Shown here one piece after another: positions 7,827 to 16,300 of a DNA stretch of 59,319 nt. Under the pieces are notes generated by a model. The model saw nothing but the letters and a program-made list of their open reading frames with translations, did not search any database and had not been told where the DNA came from. Within the stretch, counting starts at the first letter, position 1. Every line of letters starts with the position of its first letter. A program made the translations under genes and the position numbers. This DNA comes from Methanobacteriota archaeon (GTDB lineage Archaea; Thermoplasmatota; Thermoplasmata; RBG-16-68-12), in contig VBMI01000095.1 of assembly GCA_005878955.1 (NCBI GenBank), positions 1 to 59,319 on the forward strand. Reading direction: 5' to 3'.

Positions 7827-10800
7827 AGGAAATCGTCCAGCTTCAGGTCCTGCGCTTTGTCGCTCGTGAACAAGGACGCGATCGCGCCCTCGATCAGCGC
7901 GATCCGCTGCAGGAGATACGGGGAGACGGGGTACTCCTGGGTGATCCGCTTCGTGATCTCCAGGTACTTCTTCACGGAGCCCTCGTGGACCGTGAGGGTG
8001 AGATCGCCGCCGCACTCCTTCCTCCCGAGGATCGCGGAGCACTTCCCCCGCAACGGCATCCGGCGGTACTTCGCGCTGCACCGCGTGCACCGGAACGACT
8101 GGAGCGAGAACCGCTTCAGGTTCCCGATGAGGTCGGGGAGGAAGTGGTGGACGACGATGCGGGAGACGACATCGTTCGTGTCCACGGCCCGGATCTTCAG
8201 GGCGAGGCCGAGCTGCGCGTCCATCTTCTCCTCCATGGACCCGCGCACGTACGCGGACATCAGCGGGCCCGCCTCGATCGAGTCCACCGCGTGGGTGGAC
8301 CCGAACCCCTCGTACTGGAGGACGGTGCCGATCCGGCGGCTCACGAGGTCCATCGTGCCCTCCACCTCCCGCGGGTGGGCGAACCGCTCCGTCGCGCGGT
8401 AGAACTCGAGCGGGTAGCGGGACATCACGTCGAGGTTGTGGGCCTCCTTGTCGATCTCGTTCGGGTCGATGCGGGTCGTCAGGACGAGGGGCGCGTCCAT
8501 CAGCCCGCCCCGCTTTTCCGGCAGGAAGGAGCGGCTGAAGTTCACGAGGCAGTCCAGGAGGAGGATCACGGAGTCCTCGTCCCCGTCCGCGTTCCGGCGA
8601 CGCGCGGCGACCATGTACGGGTGGTTGAACCACGCGCGCGCCCTCGTGAACCCGACGATACGGCCGAGGACGCCCCCGGAGGTGTGCGGGGCGAGGGTCA
8701 CGACGAGCTGGCCGATCAGGCCCGCGCGGCCCGTGACGTTGTAGAACGGCGGCAGGCCGTACACCCGGACGAGGAGCTCATCCACGAACTGGGCGACCCT
8801 CGCGAGGAAGTCGCCCGCTTCCTCCGGGATCACGACGTCCTGCGGCCGGAGCTCGATGAGCTGCTTGGGGTCCTCGATCGGCCGGCCGCCGACGTCCTCC
8901 GTGTACCCGAGGCCGCGGGCCTGCTCCACGGAAAGCCGGATCTCCTCCGGACGGAAGTGGGTCAGCACGAGGTTCGTCATGTCGAACCGCGTCGTACCGT
9001 CCTTGAACACATGGAGCCCGTGCTTCGCCCGGAGGAGCCCTTTCTCGAGAGGCTCTGGGGTCTTCGAGCGGGAGATCATCCCCTGCACGGCCTTCACGCC
9101 CGCGGGGATCGCGGCCATGCCGACGCGGGCCATCGCGTCGTCCAGGACCTCCCGCAGCGGGATCTTCTGCCGCATCGGGCGCATCCGGGCTTCCGTGTGC
9201 GCGCCGCACTTCGGGCACCGAGGGAGGAACCACCGGGCGCGGCAGGAGGGGCATACCCGCAGGCCGATCTCGACCTCCACCTCCTCCTTCGTGACGGCCT
9301 CGTTCACGAGTCGCTGCATCCCGCCCGCGGATCCGATCGGGAAGAGGGCGTGGGGCGGCGGGGACATCTCCCGGGGGGCCGCCTTCTCGGGACGCCCCAT
9401 CCGGGCCCCGATCCGGGTGGGACCGCGTGCCTTCATCGGGACCCCGGTGTTCTTCGCCGCAAAATCGAGCCCGTTCAAGGCGGCCACAGGTGGCCGTGGG
9501 CGGAGCCCGTCGGGGGTCCGCTCGATTCCTAGCCCGCTCAAGAGGGCGAAGCCGTGGAGCTCGACCACGAGCTCGGTCCCGCGGAGGCGGTGGGTCGCCC
9601 CGAGCTCCACGAGGGGCTCCTGGATCGTCGCGTCGAACGGCACGACGACCGTCGTCCCTTCCACGCGGCCCCCGCGGAGGACCGCCTCCCGCAACCGCTC
9701 GAGGGCCGCGACATCGAAGTCGTGCCAGAACAGGTTGTACCGCGGGTGCAGGGGCACCCGGTGCTCCCGGGAGAGCTCCAGGGCCCGCTCCCACGAGGGG
9801 GCCTCCCAGTCCGCCGGGAGCTCGCCCGCCGCCGCCCGGAGCTCCTCGCGGTACCACTCAATCGAGAACGCCCCCGGGACGAGCGGGTGGTTGTTCTCCA
9901 GGAACTCGCCGTACGGGACGAGGATCTCCCCCAGGTCCGCGATCCGCTTGATCCTCGGCCGGGCCTCGCGGGCCGCCGCCTCGGTCGCGAGCGCGACGAA
10001 GTCGCCGGTCTCGAGCACGACGAGGGGGCCCTCGATCGAGTCGCACGGCGTCACCGCGCCCGCCTTGCCGGGTCGCTCCGTCTTGATCTGCGTGCCCACC
10101 GCGATGAACTCGTCGAGGACGATCATCGTCGCGGGGTGGAGGCTCAGCGAGGCGAGGCCGTTCGCCCGGCTCTTCCCATAGCGGAGCCGCAGGCCGCCGG
10201 GCCGGCTCGCGTGGCAGAGGACAGGCCGGCCGGCGACGATGTTCTCGATGAAGGTCTCGCTCGGTTCGAGCACGGCCCCGCTCCCCTGGTCCCCGACGGT
10301 CCCGCCCTTCGCCTCCAGGTACGTGTGGACGAACTCCCAGCCGTCGATCTTCAGGCGACGAACGTGCTTCTGGATTTTCGGCGCCTTCAGGCAAAGCCCG
10401 TCCGCGATCACGAGGCAGGCCCCGCCACGGAGCCGGTTCGTCTCGAGCCGCGGGAGGTCCCGGTACCCGCTGATCTCCACGTCCTCCGTCCCCTCCCCGT
10501 TGATCGCGACGGGACAGTTCCCCGCAATGAGCGCGATCTCCTCGTCGCTCGGCGTGTACTGGAGGTGCTGGACCTGCTTGTAGAGCGGGATCTCCTCCTT
10601 GAACCGCTCCACCTCCTGGCGGGTGGGCTGGTACCGGCCGACCCCGAGGTCGCGGCGCACGATGTCCGCGATGAGGACGCTCAGGGCCTGGCCCGTCCCG
10701 CCGGCGGATCGGATCGGACCCGCGTACGAGAGGTCCACGTAGTTCGACCCGTCCGGGTTCCGCTTCACGCGGACCTCCGCGAGCCCCTCGAGGGGGGCGA

Positions 10801-11155
10801 CGAGGATCCCCTCCGTGAGGACGGCGAGGCCCACACGGACCGCCCGGTCGATCGCCTCCTCCTTCGTCGCGGCGGGCCGCCGCGCGATCTCCTTCGCGAC
10901 GAGGATCGCGGTCTCCTCCCGGTCGTGGTCGACGCTCAGCTCTCGGATCCGACGGGCGACGCCCTCCACGTGATACTCCCGAAGGAGATTCTCGACCCGG
11001 GAAGCCAGGTCCTCCGTCTTCGGGATCTCGACCTCCAACGACGGGTCGAACCCCTTGCGTCGGGCCTCCGCCGCGACCCGGTACGCCTCGTCGGCGCCCG
11101 CCTCGAGGGTCGCGAAGTAGCGGCGAATCTCCTCGGAGGACACAGGGTACGGCAT
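7823..11155 (-). CDS. polC: DNA polymerase II (PolD) large subunit DP2
   Basis: 1110-aa ORF with conserved DP2 blocks, including ...GRPEKAAPREMSPPPHALFPIG..., Cys clusters CPSCRARWFLPRCPKCG and FRCTRCSAKYRRMPLRGKC, and the LAPHTSGG active-site region. No intein-sized insertion is present. Confidence 0.95.
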   Translation of the reverse strand: MPYPVSSEEIRRYFATLEAGADEAYRVAAEARRKGFDPSLEVEIPKTEDLASRVENLLREYHVEGVARRIRELSVDHDREETAILVAKEIARRPAATKEEAIDRAVRVGLAVLTEGILVAPLEGLAEVRVKRNPDGSNYVDLSYAGPIRSAGGTGQALSVLIADIVRRDLGVGRYQPTRQEVERFKEEIPLYKQVQHLQYTPSDEEIALIAGNCPVAINGEGTEDVEISGYRDLPRLETNRLRGGACLVIADGLCLKAPKIQKHVRRLKIDGWEFVHTYLEAKGGTVGDQGSGAVLEPSETFIENIVAGRPVLCHASRPGGLRLRYGKSRANGLASLSLHPATMIVLDEFIAVGTQIKTERPGKAGAVTPCDSIEGPLVVLETGDFVALATEAAAREARPRIKRIADLGEILVPYGEFLENNHPLVPGAFSIEWYREELRAAAGELPADWEAPSWERALELSREHRVPLHPRYNLFWHDFDVAALERLREAVLRGGRVEGTTVVVPFDATIQEPLVELGATHRLRGTELVVELHGFALLSGLGIERTPDGLRPRPPVAALNGLDFAAKNTGVPMKARGPTRIGARMGRPEKAAPREMSPPPHALFPIGSAGGMQRLVNEAVTKEEVEVEIGLRVCPSCRARWFLPRCPKCGAHTEARMRPMRQKIPLREVLDDAMARVGMAAIPAGVKAVQGMISRSKTPEPLEKGLLRAKHGLHVFKDGTTRFDMTNLVLTHFRPEEIRLSVEQARGLGYTEDVGGRPIEDPKQLIELRPQDVVIPEEAGDFLARVAQFVDELLVRVYGLPPFYNVTGRAGLIGQLVVTLAPHTSGGVLGRIVGFTRARAWFNHPYMVAARRRNADGDEDSVILLLDCLVNFSRSFLPEKRGGLMDAPLVLTTRIDPNEIDKEAHNLDVMSRYPLEFYRATERFAHPREVEGTMDLVSRRIGTVLQYEGFGSTHAVDSIEAGPLMSAYVRGSMEEKMDAQLGLALKIRAVDTNDVVSRIVVHHFLPDLIGNLKRFSLQSFRCTRCSAKYRRMPLRGKCSAILGRKECGGDLTLTVHEGSVKKYLEITKRITQEYPVSPYLLQRIALIEGAIASLFTSDKAQDLKLDDFL

Positions 11156-11288
11156 CGGCTTCCCATCAGAATCCGTGGGGGACGGCGCCCATCATGACCC
11201 GAATTGTGTAAAATAGTTTCCCGCGCGCCGGCACGTGCCGCCTCGCATTTCGACAGGTCGCGGAGGGGCCGGCCTCATCTCGTCCACG

Positions 11289-11672
11289 ATGCGCAACGTT
11301 TTAGGCGTGGCCGGGTTGGATTCTTCCATGGCGCGGCCCCTGGAGATCTCGACGGTCCCGGACTTCCGCCGCGAGGTCGAGGGATCCCCGGAGCCGACGG
11401 TCGTGATGTTCACGACCTCCTGGTGCCCGTTCTGTCGCCGCTTCAAGCCGAAGTTCGTGGAGGCCGCGGCGAAGGCGGACCTCCGCTGCGCGATGGTTTA
11501 CATCGACGACTGGGAGAACCCGCTCTGGGACGAGTACAAAGTCGAGGTCGTCCCCACCCTCGTGCTCTTCGAGAACGGCCGGCCTGTGGCCCGCCGCGAT
11601 GGCGTCCTCGGGCGGGGACTCGGGGACCACGACCTCACCGCGATCCTCGCGCGGGCGCCGCAGCACGCCTGA
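11289..11672 (+). CDS. Thioredoxin-family protein
   Basis: VVMFTTSWCPFCRRFKPKF carries the WCPFC redox motif, followed by VPTLVLFENGRPV. 11289 is the first ATG after the AT-rich patch at about 11205-11216. An alternative ATG lies at 11328. Confidence 0.75.
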   Translation: MRNVLGVAGLDSSMARPLEISTVPDFRREVEGSPEPTVVMFTTSWCPFCRRFKPKFVEAAAKADLRCAMVYIDDWENPLWDEYKVEVVPTLVLFENGRPVARRDGVLGRGLGDHDLTAILARAPQHA

Positions 11673-11713
11673 CATGCCCGTGATTCTGTCCCGGGATGCC
11701 CACAGGAATATCC

Positions 11714-11721
11714 TTTAATAT
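11714..11721 (+). promoter_or_regulatory. Candidate TATA box for the KaiC-like ATPase gene
   Basis: TTTAATAT lies about 25 nt upstream of the TTG start at 11743, which would give a leaderless or near-leaderless mRNA. Confidence 0.4.
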
Positions 11722-11742
11722 CGTGCGCCGAATCGTGCGGCG

Positions 11743-12609
11743 TTGAAGAAGATCAAGAGCGGCATCTTCGGCCTCAACCCCCTCCTCGACGGCGGCTTCA
11801 ACGAGAGCTCCACCTCCGTCGTCATCGGCCGTTCCGGGGCGGGGAAGACGACGTTCGCGACCCAGTACATCCGACGGGGCCTCCACGACGGCCAGGAGGG
11901 GATCTTCGTGTCCCTCGACGAGAACAAGGAGCAGATCATCCGGGAGGCCGTGGAGATGGGATGGTCGGACATCCTCGACTACCTCGACGACGAGCTCCTC
12001 GTGTTCATCGACGCGAGCGGACGGGAGTTCGGGAACTTCATCCGCAAGGAGCTCCCCGCGTTCGTCGCGGAGTGGCAGGGCGCGAACGCGCGCATCGCGG
12101 TCGACCCGCTGACCCCCGTGATGTGGTCCACGAAGGACCCGTACGAGCAGCGGGAGCTCATCGGGTTCATGCTCAAGGAGACCCGCAAGGTCGGCACCGT
12201 CCTCTGCACGCTCGAGGAGCACGGCGCGGGCGACCTCACGACGCCGGAGACCGTGATCCCGATGTACCTCGCGGACTGCGTGATCCACCTCCGGTACAGG
12301 AGCGACGGCGCGAACGTCACGCGGGAGATGAAGATCGTGAAGGCCCGCTCAAGCCGGCACAGCCAGCTCGCGCATCCGTACCACATCGTGCGGGGCCTCG
12401 GGCTCATCGTCGAACCCGGCGAGTACCGCCGCGTCACGACGACGCGCATCCCGGTGATCATCCGCCAGCTTCTTCAGCGGCCGGACCTCCCGAAGCCCGT
12501 CGCGGAGCGACTCGAGAAGATGCTGGACGGGCTCACGGACGAGGACTTCCGCGACTTGAAGCCGGACCAGCTCCTCGACCTGATCCGGAACGAGTACGGC
12601 ACGGGCTAG
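11743..12609 (+). CDS. KaiC/RecA-superfamily single-domain ATPase
   Basis: IKSGIFGLNPLLDGGFNESSTSVVIGRSGAGKTTFATQYI is the KaiC-type N-terminus with Walker A. Walker B-like ARIAVDPL is present, and a roughly 60-aa helical C-terminal extension follows. The start codon is TTG. Confidence 0.75.
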   Translation: MKKIKSGIFGLNPLLDGGFNESSTSVVIGRSGAGKTTFATQYIRRGLHDGQEGIFVSLDENKEQIIREAVEMGWSDILDYLDDELLVFIDASGREFGNFIRKELPAFVAEWQGANARIAVDPLTPVMWSTKDPYEQRELIGFMLKETRKVGTVLCTLEEHGAGDLTTPETVIPMYLADCVIHLRYRSDGANVTREMKIVKARSSRHSQLAHPYHIVRGLGLIVEPGEYRRVTTTRIPVIIRQLLQRPDLPKPVAERLEKMLDGLTDEDFRDLKPDQLLDLIRNEYGTG

Positions 12610-12611
12610 CC

Positions 12612-13295
12612 ATGGCGAAGCGGATGGGGAGGGCCCTCCTCTCGGCGATCAAGAAGGAGGAAGGCCCGCTGGCCATCTCCAAGGAGAGCGTCCTCGGGAA
12701 CCTCCATCGACGGCGGGTGCTCCAGTACCTCTGCCTCCATCCCTGCGGGGCGATCGGCGAGGTCGCGAGGGCCCTCGGCGTCTCGCCGGCCACGGTCCGC
12801 TTCCACGCCCAGAGGCTCGCCGCCTCGGAGTACCTCATACCCGCAGGGTCGAGCTTCCTTCCCGCGGATCTCGTCCCGCGGGAGGACGCGCCGCTTTTCG
12901 AGGCCCTCGGTGCGGCCGCGACCCGTCGCGTGCTCGCCATCGCGTACGCGAACACCGGACTCACCATCGGCGAACTCGCGGAGACCGCGAAGATGTCCCG
13001 CCAGGCGGTCGCGGACCTCCTGGACTCCTTCGAGTCCCTCGGCTTGGTCTCTCGCGTGGCGGACGGGCGGTTCGTCCGCGTGTATCCATCTCGCGCCCTC
13101 GAGGCCCGGCGGGACGGGACCCGTGCGCGCCGCAAACAGTTCTGCGAGAGCCTCGTGCGGCGGCTGAAGATGGAGGGGGAGGCACCGATGATCCTACGCC
13201 GGACGGACACGGAGCTCCAGGTCCGGTTCGGCCGCGGGGCCGGGAAGGCGACCCTCGAGCTCTCCCTCGAGCCGTATTCCGCACTGCTCATGTAG
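12612..13295 (+). CDS. Transcriptional regulator with two ArsR-like winged-helix modules
   Basis: The ATG lies 3 nt after the KaiC-like stop. LHRRRVLQYLCLHPCGAIGEVARALGVSPATVRFHAQRL and RRVLAIAYANTGLTIGELAETAKMSRQAVADLLDSFESLGLV are two HTH/wHTH segments. Confidence 0.65.
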   Translation: MAKRMGRALLSAIKKEEGPLAISKESVLGNLHRRRVLQYLCLHPCGAIGEVARALGVSPATVRFHAQRLAASEYLIPAGSSFLPADLVPREDAPLFEALGAAATRRVLAIAYANTGLTIGELAETAKMSRQAVADLLDSFESLGLVSRVADGRFVRVYPSRALEARRDGTRARRKQFCESLVRRLKMEGEAPMILRRTDTELQVRFGRGAGKATLELSLEPYSALLM

Positions 13296-13398
13296 CGGAC
13301 ATCGTCCTAGACGTGTCAACGAATTGGAGAGGAGTGCAGGCCGGGGGACGAGAACCCCTTAATAGGGCGAGTCCGAACGTCGTAGCCTGACGGTTGAA

Positions 13399-16300
13399 AT
13401 GGACGAGTCCTACCTCTCCTGGCTCCGGTTGATCCCGGGCGTCACCGCGGACCTCGCGAAGCGCGTCGCGGAGCGGTACCCGGACCCCGAGCTCCTCAGA
13501 GGCGCGAGTCCGAAGGACCTCGCGGAGGTCACGGGGATGACCGAGGAGGTCGCGCTGCGGGTCCTCGAGCTCGTCCACACCGCCTCGACGTCGGATTCCG
13601 CATGGTACCGCGACGAGCCGGGACTGTACCTGTGCCCGGAGTGCGGCTCCTTCGTCGGCAAGGGCGCGAGCGCGTGCCCGTTCTGCGGGGTCGTGTTCGA
13701 CGAGGGCGAGGAGTCCGCGCCCGAGGGCGGGTCTCCGGTCGAGGAACTCCTCCAGGCCCGCAACGGCGAGGCGAAGATCTGCACCCGCTGCGGCGCGTTC
13801 CTGCACCCCGGGAAGACCGCCTGTGGGATGTGCGGCGCGGAGTACCTTCCCGAGAGGCTCGAGGAGCTCCCCGCGGTCGACACGTCGCCCGTCACGGAGA
13901 CGGACCTGTTCCTCTGTCCGCACTGCGGGGCGTTCCTCGGGAGGGGCGCGGCCCGGTGCACGATTTGCGGGAAGGGCGTGGCCGCCGAGGAGAAGGTCCC
14001 CGGACTCGCGCGCAAGGACAAGGGGGTCTCGAAGGACTTCCTCACCCGCTGGCAGCGCGCCGCCGAGGAGGAGGCGCCCGCAGCGCCCGCGCCCCCCGCC
14101 CCGAGGACGCTCGAGGACGAGCTCCGCGAGTACGAACGGCTCCTGGAGGCGGACCCGAGCCTCGTCCGCGGCTGGGTCCGGAAGGGGCGCATCCTGATCA
14201 CGCTGGGCCGCGGCCGCGAGGCCGTCGAGGCGTTCGATCGCGCGGGCCAGCTGGACCCCGCACAGGACTCGTTGTACCGGTCCGAGATCCTCGAGGCCCT
14301 CGGGCCCACCGACCGAACGCCGTTGCCCTCGAGGTGGGTCGCGGAGCCCGAGGCCGCGCGCATCGCCGACGAGATGCGGCGGGAGGCGGCGACGCTCGCG
14401 CCTTCCCGCACGGAGGAGGAACCCGCGCCACGGACCCAACCCGCCGAGCGGCCTCAAGAGGTCGAGCCGGCGCCGGAAGAGGAGATTTCGCTCGAAGATC
14501 TTGAGGCGGATGTCGCGGAGGCCCCTCGGGAACCCGAGACCCCCGCCGTGACGTCCGCGGAGGCGGCGTCGATCCGCCGCGCCCTGGCATACTACGACCG
14601 GCTGCTCGCGATGGACTCGGGACTTCGGGTCGCCTGGCAGACGAAGGGGGAGCTCCTCCTCCGGCTCGGCCGCCGGGACGACGCGGAAGCCTGCTTCCAG
14701 CGGGGCGCCGACCTCGAGGTCGCCGAGCGGCAGTTCGGCCGCGAGGCCCTGACGGGGCTCCAGACGCGCGGCCCCCGCACCGCACCGACGAACGGGGCCA
14801 CCGGGACGGGCCGCACGAACGGCCGCACGAACGGGCTCACGAACGGACGGCGGGGCCGGACGAACGGGTCGAGGGGACGGACGAACGGCATGACGAACGG
14901 GAGCGACGCGACGAACGGCCTGACGAACGGGCTGGGCCGCGTGAACGGGCTGATGTCCGGTCTGGCCCGCGGCGAAGGGCGCACGAACGGACTCGTGAAC
15001 GGGAACGGCTTCACGAACGGACGTCGGGGCCGGATCCCGACGGCGTTCCCGCGCGCTCGCCGGGAGTGGGCCCGCTCCGTCGTCGGCATCGCCTCCGTCG
15101 TCCTGATCATGATCCTGGCGCCGATCGTCGCCTCCATGCTCGCGGCCCCGCCCCAGGCGCGGGGCATCGTGATCGACGGCTCCTTCGGGGACTGGGCCCG
15201 CGAGGCGGTCCTGTTCACGGACCCGATCGGGGACGCGCCCGGTAACCCGGACGTGGACCTCGTCGGGTACAAGGTCGCGACCTCGGACATGGGGCTGTAT
15301 GCATACGCCCGCGTCCTCGGCACCGCCTTCCGCGGCGCGAACGGCACTGCGGACGTCCTCGTCGCCCTGATCGACGCAGACGGCAAGAATTCCACGGGGT
15401 ACGACGCAGGTCGAGTCGGCGCCGACTACGCTGTCGAACTCGTCGGCTGGGACGGCGTCGTGCACGAGACCCCGCTATACCGGTGGAACTCGGCGTCGAA
15501 CCGGACGGACTGGTTCGGCTTCGATTACGTCGAGCCCGTGCCCGCGGCGGCCTCCCAGACGGAGGTCGAGTTCTCCCTTGGAATCAACGCTCCTACCTAC
15601 CCCAACGCCCGAATCGCCCTCGCGACCGTGGACGCCCTTGGACGCGGGGACGCGACGGACGCGGTCGTCGAGCCGGGGGAGCCCGCCCTCGGGGTCGCCG
15701 AGACCGCGATCGCCCCCGCCGTGATCTCGACCCTTGGCGAGGTCGCCGTACTGCGGCTCGACCTGTCCCCCGCGGGCCCACCCGTGGCGGTGTCCTTCGT
15801 GAACGTCACGACCCGCGGATCCCTCCCGGACGCCGCCGTGACCCTGTCCCTCTACCGGGACAACGGCGACGGGGTCCTGGGCCCCGTGGACGCGCTCGAG
15901 GGGACCGCGGCTCCCGCGGGCCGTGCCGCCTCCTTCCCGCTCTCCCTCTCCCTGAACGCGGCGACGACCCTGTTCGTCACCGCAACCCTGTCCGTCCTCC
16001 CCGCGAACGAGACGTTCGGCGTCGCCCTGGGGAACGTCGACGCGGCGGCCGTGGTCGCCGTATCCTCCGCCGACCTGACCCTCTCGTACATCGCCACGGC
16101 GCCGGAGCCCACGGTGGACGGTGCGTTCGGGGACTGGTCCGCAGTCCCGCGGACGGCCGACCCCGTTGGCGATGTCGCGAACCGTGGCGGCGTGTCCGCC
16201 CTCGCGAACGCGAACGTCGACCTGACGGAAGTCGGCTCGTTCCTCGGGTCGAACGCCTCGTTCTATCTGCGCGTGGACGGCACGATGCTCGGGGGCATTG

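Noticed and set aside
7400-11197. Long plus-strand ORFs (7400-9532, 8856-10181, 9554-11197) opposite the PolD large subunit
   Set aside because: They are antisense or alternate-frame artefacts of high GC. They have no motifs and a compositionally biased translation, and the minus-strand DP2 reading is unambiguous.
14788-15020. Possible CRISPR-like or intergenic tandem repeat
   Set aside because: The repeat unit is only 8-9 nt with irregular spacing. It lies in frame inside a coding region and encodes a TNG low-complexity tract. There are no spacers and no cas genes anywhere in the window.
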